Assembly (NCBI RefSeq): GCF_006345805.1
Contig: NC_043012.1
Span: 2,480,001 to 2,544,000, forward strand
Direction: 5' to 3'
Length of the DNA stretch: 64,000 nt
From: Octopus sinensis
Lineage: Eukaryota
Position numbers and translations under genes: made by a program. The notes beneath the pieces were generated by a model, which was not told the origin of the DNA, did no database searches, and saw nothing but the letters and a program-made list of their open reading frames with translations. Shown in pieces: positions 1 through 11,704 of the stretch. Each line of letters begins with the position of its first letter. Within the stretch, counting starts at the first letter, position 1.

Positions 1-200
1 ATTAGTATAACGCTCAGGAATAGAAAAAGTCTTTTATGTTTCGAGCCTACGCTCTTCTGCAGAAAGGGACACAGAAAAGACAAGGAGAGAAAAAAAAATG
101 TGTGTAGTGGCTAACGATCTATCATGGCGACTGACTTGGACCAAAGGGTCACACACGAAAGGGAAAGTAGGAGAGATAACAAAGTAAAGATGACCCCCCA
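1..200 (-). mobile_element. Penelope-like element fragment (pseudo-LTR-like) carrying a degenerate hammerhead motif
   Basis: Contains the hammerhead-like motif at 31-66. The sequence downstream of the motif resembles that of the 59010-59190 element. Truncated by the window start; boundaries approximate. Confidence 0.5.
31..66 (-). ncRNA. Degenerate minimal type-I hammerhead ribozyme motif
   Basis: Minus strand reads cttt-CTGCAGA-a-gagc(gtag)gctc-GAAA-cat-a-aaag. Stem I cttt/aaag, stem II gagc/gctc, core CUGANGA with A6>C, stem III cgt>cat (CpG decay). Confidence 0.65.
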
Positions 201-284
201 ACATGAAGGTGCATGTGAAAGAGGGCTGGTGGTCTGGACGTGTGCATGCATGTATGTATGTATGTATGTATGTGTAGGTGTGAA

Positions 285-465
285 AATGTGGGGATGGTGT
301 ATGGGTTGTGGGTTCAGCTGAGGGTTGGGGTTTGTGGGTAGGAAGAGGGTGGGGGTAGAGATGGGGTATGTGGGAGAGGGTGTGTGGGATAGGATGGGAA
401 GGGTAGGGAAGGTAGAGTAGGAATGTGTAGGGGTGGGTGGGCTTATGGGGGAGGGGAAGGTGGGT
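285..465 (+). repeat. G-rich low-complexity tract with G-quadruplex potential
   Basis: Many closely spaced GGG/GGGG/GGGGG runs, e.g. ggggtgggtgggcttatgggggagggg. Confidence 0.7.
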
Positions 466-490
466 ATGTGAGGAGAGAGAGAAGAGAGAA

Positions 491-521
<31 letters not shown>

Positions 522-539
522 CACACACACATACATATG

Positions 540-830
540 CAGGTATAGCCTTGCGGTTAAGAAGTTTGTTTCTCAACCATGTGATTTTAGGTTCAGTCTT
601 ACTGTATGGTACCTTGAGCAAGTGCCTTCTACTATTTTCTACTGTTTTCTTGTTTTGATATATCATGATAGTTGCAAACAAGAATCACAGCCACACAAGT
701 GGTTTCCTTTGTCTGGCGATGGGGGTAATATTACCTTACTTGGAACAGCAAGAGCATCCCAGCCATAAACATTCTGCCTCAACCAATTCTCTATGACCCC
801 ATGCAATGCTAAGAAAAGTAGACATTAAAA
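540..830 (+). mobile_element. Degenerate SINE: family A head joined to a family C-type tail
   Basis: Head gcggttaagaagtttg...ggtaccttgagcaagtgccttctactat, followed by gagcatcccagccataaac...gaccccatgcaatg. Confidence 0.55.
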
Positions 831-1630
831 AAATGTGTGTGTATGTGTGTGTTGTAATGGTTTAGAGTTATTAAGTTCGTTATCTGTGGAGTGGTTAAAT
901 TTTGGCCAAGATTAAAGCTTTCTCCTTGTGATAACTATTAATTTGTTTGTTTGTTGTATGAGACTGATTGATTTATAGTGAAAAAGATTTATTCACTCTT
1001 TGAATCAGAAGCATGTAGATAAACTGGTCATTGTCCTGGAAGTCAGCCAAGTTTATATGACCAACCTCTTCTTAGGAAATACCTTCATCTTGTTTTTTGT
1101 TTTTTTTTGTTTTTTTCCCCCCTTTTCCTTGGGTGGAATTAGATGAAAACACAATAACTATAATTGAACAGCATTTGATTTAGATGTACCAAAAGTACCA
1201 TTTTAGTTGGTTTTAATGAGATTAGTATTTTAGTCAACCAGTACTTAACTAAGAATACTCATGAAAATTAAATCTATAGAAATCTGGAAAAATGTTCTTA
1301 TATTGTATTGGTAATTCTATGTGCTAATTTATCTCATATTCAACAACACTTCCTTCTTTTGTGTTGTTCTCTTGCGAAAATAGAAGAAAATTAACCATTC
1401 TTTACCAGTTGTTTCCTTTATTGGATTTTAAATTTCATGGGGTGAAGTTTACAGATGACTATTGTTAAAACTAAGGTACTTAATTAACCTGGTGCTGATG
1501 GGCAATTAAAACAGGAAAAGTTTAGATCAGAGAATAATTACATAGGCTGTGGCTGTTGTTGTTGTTGTTTAACTCCAGGTTAATTTTGGTAGAGCAAACC
1601 TATGAGCAAAAGAATTTCAAATGTGACCAT

Positions 1631-1990
1631 AGGCGCAGGAGTGGCTGTGTGGTAAGTAGCTTCCGGGTTCATTCCCACTCTGTGGCACCTTGGGCAAGTG
1701 TCTTCTACTATAGCCTCGGGCCAACTAAAGCCTTGTGAGTGGATTTGGTAGACGGAAACTGAAAGAAGCCCGTTGTATATATGTATGTATGTGTTTGTCC
1801 CCCCAACATTGCTTGACAACCGATGCTGGTGCGTTTACGTCCCCGTAACTTAGCGGTTTGGCAAAAGAGACCGATAGAATAAGTACTAGGCTTACAAAGA
1901 ATAAGTCCTGGGGTCGATTTGCTTGACTAAAGGCAGTGCTCCAGCATGGCCACAGTCAAATGACTGGAACAAGTAAAAGTGAGTAAGAGA
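1631..1990 (+). mobile_element. SINE family A (tRNA-derived head, CORE-like segment, internal TA/TG microsatellite)
   Basis: ggcgcaggagtggctgtgtggtaag (A box), gggttcattccc (B box), accttgggcaagtgtctt (CORE-like), ending gtcaaatgactggaacaagtaaaag. More than 12 copies in the window. Confidence 0.9.
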
Positions 1991-2879
1991 GAGTATCTCA
2001 TCTTTTCAGACATTGTTTATTTTAGACTACACTATAGGTATAGGCATGGCCGTGTGGTTAAGTGGCTTGCTTCCCAACCACGTGGGCTTGGGTTCAGTCC
2101 CACTATATGGCACTTTGGCAAGTGTTTTCCATTAAAGCCCCAGGCTTTTTTTTTTTTTTGAGGAAAAAAATATCAAGTCTGTAATTGAACTGTTTGGCAA
2201 CAGCTTAATTGTCTAAAGTAATTTTAAGTTTTTTAAATAGCTCTCATTAAGTAATATTTTATTTTGGTAATTAATTATTTAATTAATCAACGAAAGAAAA
2301 ATATTTCTAACAGTTGTATCTAACAATGTTCTCTATAGCGGAATGCGGAGTATGCTAGGCCAGTTTCTCAGTTTTAGTGTAACTAACAAACTACTTCACA
2401 TACATGTTTATTGCTCTTTGGGATTTTTTCAATGGTTTGAATGTTGTCTCACTTTCTCTTAACCCAAACCCTTGTCTATGTAAGAAATCAATAGAATTTA
2501 GAAGAATTATCTCAGTTTCTGATTCCAGCTAGAATGTTGCCAATATTTGTTATTGTAGATCTGGAAGTTGGCATCAAATGCACTACTCTTTGTGGGCCTC
2601 AGAGCTTTCTGGGAATACATTTTTTTCAAATTTAGTGTTTAGAACAGTCGATGACTTTTAGGTAAAGTCTTTTATGACATGGTTTATTTAATTATTGCTT
2701 ACATAAGCATTGCCAGTGATGGTAATATGAAATATGCAGGGATATTTTTACATGCAAGATACCATATGTATGTAGGCTATGGAAAAATATCAATGAGAAA
2801 ACAAAAACTAAAAAGCAAACCATTACAAAAAGAAGTTGCTAATCCCTGTTATATGCCATTATGATGGGTTTACATTACC

Positions 2880-3114
2880 TATTTCTTTATTACCCACAAG
2901 GGGCTAAACACAGAGGGGACAAACAAGGACAGACATAGGTATTAAGTCGATTATATCGACCCCAGTGCGTAACTGGTACTTAATTTATCAACCCCGAAAG
3001 GAAGAAAGGCAATGTCGACGTCGGCAGAATTTGAACTCACAACGTAACGGCAGGCGATATACCGCTAAGCATTTCGTCCGGCGTGCTAACGTTTCTGCCA
3101 GCTCGCCGCCTCTT
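2880..3114 (-). mobile_element. SINE family B, full length, with 15-bp target-site duplication
   Basis: Minus strand ggcggcgagctggcagaaacgttagc...gagttcaaattc...gcctttcttcctttcggggttgataaattaagtaccag. TSD tgggtttacattacc at 2865-2879 and 3115-3129. The central segment resembles the Meta-SINE domain (from memory, unverified). Confidence 0.9.
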
Positions 3115-3217
3115 TGGGTTTACATTACCCTAATATAATACTTTTGTTATAAGAATGTTCTTATAGAGAATAAGCGACTATAACACTGTTACTCATTGTG
3201 GATTTTTTTCCTAATTA

Positions 3218-3625
3218 CTCTTTTACTCGTTTCAGTCATTTGACTGTGGCCATGCTGGAGCACCATCTTTAGTCGAGCAAACTGACCTCAGGACTTATTC
3301 TTTATAAGCCTAGTACTTTTTCTCTCAGTCTCTTTTGCCGAACTGCTAAATTACGGGGGACGTAAACACACCAGCATCGGTTGTCAAGCGATGTTGGGGG
3401 GGGACACACGAAATACAAACGCACAAACATATACACACACACACATATAAATATACATATACGACAGGCTTCTTTCAGTTTCCGTCTACCAAATCCACTC
3501 ACAAGGCTTTGGTCAGCCCGAGGCTTTAGTAGAAGACACTTGCCCAAGTTGCCACACAGTGGGAATGAACCCGGAACCAGGTGGTTGGTAAGCAAGCTAC
3601 TTAGCACACAGCCACTCCTACGCCT
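3218..3625 (-). mobile_element. SINE family A, full length
   Basis: Reverse complement of 1631-1990; taatta on both sides. Confidence 0.9.
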
Positions 3626-4535
3626 GTAATTATGTAATTATTCATAGTTAGATTTTAAATGCTGCCCCACGCATTAAATAAATTTACATTAACTGAACTA
3701 TTTTTCATGCAGATGGTGCATCTGATTTAGTTATTCTTTAAACAATTCCGTTCTACACTGTGTGGGCTCGTATCAATCAGCGTAAAGTCTTGTAATGTTA
3801 TTCTGTGATTCTCTCATAACTACTATGGCAAACATGGTATGGGCCATGTTTAGCTGATGAGTTCATTATAAGAATGAAACCTGTCTGGAATTGTCTCTTG
3901 TATTTAACCGAAATAATTTGAATAATGTTATTAATTAATAGTAACCCCACCTCATAATTTAACTTTCTAATGTTCCCTATATTATACTGGTTAACTCTTT
4001 AACCTTTATTGTAGAATGTTGTTCCTGTTTTGCCTTGACACTTTCTATATAGTACTCCTCCCCAACAATTCCTCAATAATTGAAACATTTTTAGATTAAA
4101 TGTTTCTGGGGCTGTTGTAAACATTCACTCAGAATGAAATGTCTTGTTTTAACCCTCCAAAAACAACGTCACTCGCAAAGTTTGAACTTATGACCAGCGG
4201 GATGAGGCTGGTTTATCATACTCTCTTTCATATTACATCAGTGTTGCCCTTTACTTATTATTCTTGCCTAAGACAAATTCTGATATTTAACTTGACACAT
4301 TGGTAATTCCGTCTTTCTCTTTCTTTCTTTGTTCATCTCTCTTTATATTTTGTGCATTCATGTGCATGCATGCACACACACACATGCATGCACATTATCT
4401 TGCATTCGGAATGTGAAACATTCTATCCGACAGCCTCTCTTTCACATACATGTATATACATGCACATATGTAAATGCAGATAATTATACCATATTTACAC
4501 ACACACATCAGCCATCCAATCCATCCATCCATCTA

Positions 4536-4952
4536 TCCTTTTACTTGTTTCAGTCATTTTGACTGTGGCCATGCTGGAGCACCACCTTTTAGTTGAAGAA
4601 ATCGACCCCTGGATTTGTTCTTTGTAAGTCTGGTACTTATTCTATCAGCCTCTTTTGCCAAACCACTAAGTTATGGGGACGTAAACACACCAACATCAGT
4701 TGTCAAGCAATGGTGAGGACACAGACCCAAACACACAATTGTATACATATATATATACATACATATACACACACACACACACACACACATATACACGATG
4801 GGCTTCTTTCAGTTTCTGTCTACCAAATCCACTTATAAGGTTTTTGTCAGCCCAAGGCTATAATAGAAGATACTTGCCCAAGATCCATGCAGTGGGACTG
4901 AACCCGAAACCATGTGGTTGGTAAGCAAGCTTCTTACCACACTGTCATGCCT
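4536..4952 (-). mobile_element. SINE family A
   Basis: Same head, microsatellite and tail architecture. Confidence 0.88.
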
Positions 4953-5030
4953 GTTGGGGATATCTTAACATTTGTTGTAAGTAGTAAAAATAGATGTTAG
5001 ATGTTATTTTCTCAAATATTTCAACAATGT

Positions 5031-5088
<58 letters not shown>

Positions 5089-5092
<4 letters not shown>

Positions 5093-5273
5093 GGTATGTA
5101 GAAAAATACAACATGGACAAGAACGTATAACTCTTAGAAGACGATACAATAAACATGGACAGGACATTCGAACCCCTCAGTCTTCAGTCAAGAACCGGAT
5201 CATCGTAGTAATTTCGGCTGATTAATCTTGAGATTACTAGATCACGGCCAGCCCTCCAAGAAAAACTAAGCAA
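5089..5273. mobile_element. Short CpG-containing insert within a (TA)n microsatellite, possibly Penelope-derived
   Basis: Flanked by (TA)n at 5039-5088 and atatat at ~5275. Internal repeat aacatggaca occurs twice. Confidence 0.4.
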
Positions 5274-5814
5274 CATATATCTTTTAAAATTTTCTTGGGG
5301 TAATTTTACAGACCTAGTCATAGTGTTACTTTGAAAATGGTTGGAACTATATTTTCAGAAAAGTGATGTTTCAAAGAATATCTTGTTATGTATCTTAAGA
5401 GCATAATGTAATAATCCTTGAAATGTTATTTGAAATCAAGACGTTGTCACAGTTGTGTTTTCCACCCTGTCAGCCCAAATGACTTGACTGGTATTTGATG
5501 TATTTCATTAAGGAAAAGAGGCTACAGACCCTAGAGTAATGCATGTTTGTATAACACTTCACAGATTAGACTTTGCTTCAGCCACTCTCTATATCTTTTT
5601 CTCCCTCTCTCTGTCATATCCCTAGAGTTGGTTCATTCGATACTTTCTTTGGAATTTGGTCCAAAAAGAATAAAAAAAAATAAAAAGCAGGCAATAAGAT
5701 ACTGCACAAGATTTTAGGGTAACAAATAGTTAAACTTACCCACCCTCTGGAATCTACATTCAATATTCTCTCTCTCTGCTGCTGTTGCTAATAATAATAA
5801 TAATAATAATGATA

Positions 5815-6029
5815 ATAGTTTCAAATTTTGGCATAAGGCCAGTAAGTTCAGGTGAGGGAATAAGTTGATTACATCAACCTCAGTGCTCAACTGGTACTTA
5901 TTTTTATTGATCCTCAAACAATGAAAGCTAAAGCCAACCTCAGCAGAATTTCAACTCAGAACATAAAGACAGGTGAAATGTTGCTAAGCATTTTGCTTGG
6001 TGTGCTAACAATTCTGCCAGCTTGTTGCC

Positions 6030-6030
<1 letters not shown>
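5815..6030 (-). mobile_element. SINE family B
   Basis: Homologous to 2880-3114; flanked by (TAA)n. Confidence 0.85.
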
Positions 6031-6069
<39 letters not shown>

Positions 6070-6231
6070 GGCGTAAGAGTGGCTGTGTGGTAAGTAGCTT
6101 GCTTACAAACCACACGGTTCTGGGTTCAGTCCCACTGCGTGGCACCTTGGGCAAGTGTTTTCTACTATAGCCTCAGGCCTATCAAAGCCTTGTGAGTGGA
6201 TTTGGTAGACGGAAACTGAAAGAAGCCCGTC

Positions 6232-6285
<54 letters not shown>

Positions 6286-6502
6286 ATATGTTTGTGTGTC
6301 TGTGTTTGTGTCCCCACCCCCACAACATCGCTTGACAAATGATGCTGGCGTGTTTACATCCCCGTAACTTAGCGGTTCGGCAAAAGGGACCGATAGAATA
6401 AGTACTAGGCTTACAAAGAATAAGTCCTAGGGGTGAATTGCTTGACTAAAGGCGGTGCTCCAGCATGGCCACAGTCAAATGACTGAAACAAGTAAAAGAG
6501 TA
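6070..6502 (+). mobile_element. SINE family A, full length, inserted in (TAA)n
   Basis: Complete head, (TA)n(TG)n tract and tail. Confidence 0.9.
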
Positions 6503-6850
6503 ATAATAATAATAATTCCTAATACATGCTCAAGGCCTGACCCTAGCACTTAACTGATAACGTTATTTTATTGACCCAGAGGAAACAGATGGTAAAGTTG
6601 ATCTCAGTAGGATTTGAACTCAGAATGTAAAGAGTAGGAATAAATAAAAATAGCTATTTATTCCCATGTAGTTGACAAAGGTAAGGCATTAAAAGAGCAA
6701 GTTACCAAAAATGTGGCAACTTACATTGAAATGAAATAAAAAGTGACAGTATACAAAATGTACCATTTCAAGAGAATGTTTGCCTCATACATAGTGCCAA
6801 TCAAGGAATTCTACAGTTCTAGGTTTACAGTGATTGTAGAGGATAAGTAC

Positions 6851-7389
6851 CTTCTCTCAGCTGTCATTCCTTAACTTAAAGATTCCTGTTGAAAGTCGAC
6901 CCATTCACATGGACTGCATTCTCTATTCTCACCTCACATTTCAATGAATTTACTGGAGGACAGCTCCTTCTTTTTCACATCTCCACCTTCCTCTCCAAAT
7001 GAAAAGCTTGAAACAAAAAAAGTCATTGATGGAGTAGGAGGAAAATGCTTATCCTCATTTGAATCCATCGTACGACTTTCATCATAGTCTTCAGACTGAG
7101 GAAAACTACTTGCCTTTACTGGTTAATGAAAGGCAGTGAGGAAACCTTCACAATGGATTCTGCTGATAGCCAGATCTTTCCTGTGCATGACAATTCCATA
7201 AGTCAGTCATGCTTGGTTACTGAACAAGAGCATATAGAACCGTTTTGTCACTCTGCCTCTAACATGGTTTGGCTTAGATTACAGTACTTTCATACCTATA
7301 AAGTATATCGCAAACTACTAATTTCCCCCCTTACAACTGCGAGACCAGGGATTTCTGGTAGTTATCCATAGTCCTATTTTGGTAGGTTT
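6851..7389 (-). other. Candidate non-coding or UTR exon
   Basis: Unique, higher-GC block bounded on the minus strand by ttttttaatatttttaaacag| and AAG|gtactt. No through-going ORF. Confidence 0.25.
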
Positions 7390-8034
7390 CTGTTTAAAAA
7401 TATTAAAAAAAACCTAGCTAAAATGTGTCATATTTGAATGTCTTTGATATCAGTTAAACATATGTGGCAAGGTGTGGTTCCTTGGACAGTTTAGATAAGA
7501 AACTTTCAATTTACCCACCCCAAACTTTGCTATTGCTTCACAAGGGCAAGGGGGTGAAATAAAATTTTAAAGATTATAATGTTTCTTATATTAAAATAGC
7601 AAATCTCAGTGGCATCTACACACACATGTGTACACTGCAAGCAAAAGCAGACACATGTAAGCACACACATGTAAGCACACACCCAAACATACACGTTGAA
7701 ACACTCTACAAGGAATGTTGCTTCATTGATTAGGAATTCTGGTGAATCTTGTAGAATGTTCCAGAAATGTAAGTTCAGTTAACATTTTCAAACTTACAGC
7801 TGTTATAAAATCTTCAGTTTTGAATTTTCTGCCTCTTCAGATACACGCTTACTGATTTAATTTAATTCACTGACTACAGAATGTGTGTAGGATAGTTGTG
7901 TGTGTCTGGAACAAATGAAGTACTGCTACTTGGGTTAAGATAGGGACAGCTTATTGGTTTAAAGAACTAGTAATTTTATCTTAATGTCAGCATATCGCAG
8001 CGTACCTGACAAAAGCAATCATGAAGAGCCAACA

Positions 8035-8268
8035 GGAGAACTTGTACACGGTCAGTTGACTTGCTAGAAATAACAGCCAAATCTCTCTCCCAATCCACAC
8101 CTTACTGTCTTAAGAACTGATGGAAGAACACGATGGATAAAGAAAGTAGCCATAGATATAGCATGTTTGAAAATGATGGAATAGTTGCAGTTGGACTGTC
8201 TTAGATAAGACCTTCCAGCTGTAACTGTTTGGTATGTCTATTCTAATAAGGTTGATCTAGGGCTAAAC
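8035..8268 (+). mobile_element. Old degenerate interspersed repeat family D ((AAC)n-tailed)
   Basis: Motif ttgctagaaataacagccaaatct...tactgtcttaa...ggctaaac recurs at about 9465, 33410, 44760, 51715 and 60895 (+), and at about 29960, 36770, 48400, 57255, 57450 and 62300 (-). Confidence 0.65.
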
Positions 8269-8404
8269 CGCATCTTAATATTGAAAAATCCAGACGACTT
8301 TACTGTAAAAAAAAAAAAAAAGAAATTCTATGAAGCGGTAAAATCACTGCTGTCTGCTGTTAATAGCAAGATTGCTGTATACTTTTTCAATGAGTGTGTT
8401 GTCA

Positions 8405-8634
8405 TTGGTCAGCTGGCAGAATTGTTAGCACTCTCTCTCTCTCTTTACTCTTTTACTTGTTTCAGTCATTTGACTGCGGCCATGCTGGAGCACCGCCTTT
8501 AGTCGAGCAAATCGACCCCAGGACTTATTCTTTGTAAGCCCAGTACTTATTCTATCGGTCTCTTTTGCCGAACCGCTAAGTGACGGGAACGTAAACACAC
8601 CAGCATCGGTTGTCAAGCAATGTTAGGGGGACAA

Positions 8635-8665
<31 letters not shown>

Positions 8666-9030
8666 TATATATATATACATACATACGACGGGCTTCTTTC
8701 AGTTTCCGTCTACCAAATCCACTCACAAGGCATTGGTCGGCCTGGGGCTATAGCAGAAGACACTTGCCCAAGATACCACGCAGTGGGACTGAACCCAGAA
8801 CCATGTGGTTGGTTAGCAAGCTACTTACCACACAGCCACTCCTGCGCTGGGCAAAATGCTTAGTGATATTTTGTCCATCTTTACATTCTGAGTTCAAATT
8901 CTGCCAGGGTTGGCTTTGCTTTGATCCTTTCGGTGTTGATAAAATAAGTATGAGTGAAACACCGAGGTCGATGTAATCGACTCATCCCTTCCCCCAAAAT
9001 TTCAGGTCTTGCGCCTTTAGTAGAGAGATT
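8405..9030 (+). mobile_element. SINE family B interrupted by a family A insertion
   Basis: ggtcagctggcagaattgttagca stops at ~8430 and resumes gggcaaaatgcttag at ~8849. Confidence 0.8.
8430..8846 (-). mobile_element. SINE family A, young (CpGs retained), nested in family B
   Basis: Full-length copy close to the other intact family A copies. Confidence 0.9.
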
Positions 9031-9717
9031 ATTATTTTTGCCCCCTGGTCCGTTCTAATGGAATAGAACCAGGATTAAAAGCAGTGTGGCTGTGGCTGTT
9101 TATCTCTAGGCACCCATGATCACATAATCCAATGATAGGACAATAAGTATGATTTGAGGGTGATTTGACTGCTATTTCTGGCATGTTAAGGAACTGAATT
9201 AAGGATTTCTTATTAGCTTACAAATGAGTTATCAGCTTGCTGTGCTAATTTGAAACCCTCCCATGAGACCACAAAAGTCCTTGAGAAGCCATTCCAGTGT
9301 ATCCTTGTATAATTTATTTTTGTAAAAATGGTGTCTTTAGTTTACATTTCAATAACTGATGTGATCTCAGGGCCATTACTGATAGTTCAAGAACTTATAG
9401 GTTAAAGTAAATTAAGTCAGGCAATTAAAAATAATGATGATGATGATATCTGTGCTAATGAAGGAACGGTTATGGGGTCACTTGACCTACTAGAGATGGT
9501 AGCTGAGTCTTCCTCAAACCACATTCCATTGTCTTCAAAAAGGAAGGATGCATTGGACAGCATAGTCCCAGATATGCATGAGGACAGGGTGGTCATGACT
9601 AGAATACCTTTAGTCATAAGTCTGCTGGATCAGTCCCTAAAGATCACAATGATGTAGAAATCCCAGTTACACAGTTCCAACTTGCAGGTAAAATCTCATT
9701 ATTGTTATTACTACAGA

Positions 9718-10290
9718 CATGTAGAATCGTTAGCACTGGATAAAATGCTTAATTTTTCATCTGGCTTTATGTTGTGAGTTCAAATTCTGCTGAGGTCAAC
9801 TTTGCCTTTCATCCTTTTGGGGTTGATAAAAAAAGTACTGAGAATTGGGGTCAGTGTAGTCGACTTATCTCTCCCTTACTTTTTGCCAAAATATGAAACT
9901 TATTATTATCATTATTATTATTATTATGGTGAGCTGGCAGAATCATTTGTACGCCAGGCAAAATGCTTAACGCCATTTTGTCTGTCTTTATGTTGTGAGT
10001 TCAAATTCCACTGAGGTTGACTTTGCTTTTCATCCTTTTGGGGATCGATAAATTAAATACCAGTGAAACACTGGGATCAACAATATAATCGACTAATCCC
10101 CTCTCCCAAAATTTTAGGCCTTGTGCCTAGAGTAGAAAGAATTGTTATTATTACTGTTTTTGCTACAAAAAGACGAAATTGATAGCACATGGGACACAAA
10201 ATACTTAGCGGCATTTCGTCTGCTTTTATGTTCTGAGTTCAAATTTTGCCAAAGGGCAACTTTGCCTTTCATCTTTATGCCCAATGAAGA
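9718..10290 (+). mobile_element. Head-to-tail array of three SINE family B copies
   Basis: Copies at ~9718-9900, ~9927-10140 and ~10180-10290, separated by (TTA)n. Confidence 0.8.
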
Positions 10291-10685
10291 GAAGATCATC
10301 ATCATTGTTATTATTATTATTATTATTATTTCACTGACTTTTGGCTTGGTCTTCTCTCCTATGCATCACCCCAGTCAAATCTCACCATTATTATGTAATA
10401 TTTTATTTTCTAGTTCCAGATAGTTGAATGAATTCTATAGAATATTCAGATTTGTTTGAGATCAAATGGATATTTGCTTGTGACACATGCTATTAACAAT
10501 GAGGGAAAATAGCTGTTAATTAGCTTTCTGTAAGAGAAGAATGCTGCTGGAATTTTGGAATTTGATCCTGAATGGACAATTTTATGAAAACAAAGCCAAA
10601 CAAAATGAATAACTACATGCCATGTAGTTTGTTAATAACAAAATGAAACAACACTTTTGTGTGTCCTAAAAGTGTTTCATATTTT

Positions 10686-11247
10686 TATCTTTTACTTGTT
10701 TCAACCATTAGTCTGTGGCCATGCTGTGGCACCACTTTGAAGAATTTTTAGCTGAACAACTCAACCCTACCCCAGTACTTAAATTTTTTGTTAAGCCTGG
10801 TACTTGTTTTATTGGTCACTTTTGGCTAACTGCTAAGTTATGGAGATGTAAACCCACCATTAGAATGAAGTTGTAGGTTAGATCTGATGGTCTGGATTTT
10901 GTCAGTTTGAACATAAATCAGGTAGAAAATATATGGTCCAGATAGAGCCTGGTTTAAATGCTAATGGGTCAAAGATGAAGTTGACAGTCCAAATGACATA
11001 CAACCTTATTCAAGTTCCTTTTACTGATTCTTACCAGTTGTCAAATGGTGGTGGGACAAACAGATGGAAACACACACACACTCTTGATGGGCTTCTCTTA
11101 GTTTCCATCTGCCAAATTGACTCACAAGGGTTTGGTTGGCCTGAGGCTAAAGTAGAAGACACATTCCTGAGGTGCCATGCAATAGGACTGAACTTGGAAC
11201 CATGTGTTAGGAAACAAACTTCTTACCACACAGCCATGCCTGCACCT
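10686..11247 (-). mobile_element. SINE family A interrupted by a ~180-bp insert
   Basis: Homology breaks at ~10859 and resumes at ~11034. Confidence 0.8.
10860..11038. repeat. Inverted local duplication of 11630-11814
   Basis: Aligns to the reverse complement of 11630-11814 across both the MITE end and its unique flank (agatgaagttgacagtccaaa...cttattcaagtt...gattcttaccagt). Confidence 0.8.
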
Positions 11248-11704
11248 ATATATATTTATAGACATTTTTTATCAATAATCAGCAGAATTTACAGAGTGAT
11301 TCAAAGGCTGAGAGTTTCAAAAATATTTATATATATATTCATGTTTTGAGTTCTGTTTTCTTGTCTGCATCAGCAAAACTTATATATCATCATCATCGTT
11401 TAATGTCTGTTTTCCATGCTGGCATGGGTGGGATGGCTTGACAAGTGTCTGTTTTGGCATGGTTGTCTAATATGTCCTGCATGGGATTGAACCCAAAACC
11501 ATGTTGTTTAGAAGCAAATGTCTTATATAGGTACATTCATTTACCATTTTCCAGAGAATGTTTCATTTGCTGATAGATTCAATTTCTGCTGATTAAAAAT
11601 AGAGTTCCTGGAAACTGCTGATGGTTTTCACTGGTAAGAATCTTCTAACAAAATAAATGAAACTTGAATAAGTTTCTATGTCCTTTGGACTGTTAACTTC
11701 ATCT

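Noticed and set aside
34-681. Longest ORF (215 aa) and overlapping ORFs
   Set aside because: Made of a SINE head, (TA)n and the complement of a G-rich tract; H/P/T low complexity with no domain.
1631-1700. tRNA-like A/B box sequences, here and in many other places
   Set aside because: SINE heads; no cloverleaf can be folded and they continue into SINE bodies.
5165-5262. Minus-strand CTGAAGA and ggctg...cagccGAAA motifs
   Set aside because: The core boxes are not in hammerhead order or spacing, and no stem I can be drawn.
8620-8976. Recurrent ORFs with RQASFSFRLPNPLTRLWSA or GLLSVSVYQIHSQGF peptides, suggesting a gene family
   Set aside because: These are translations of SINE family A copies.
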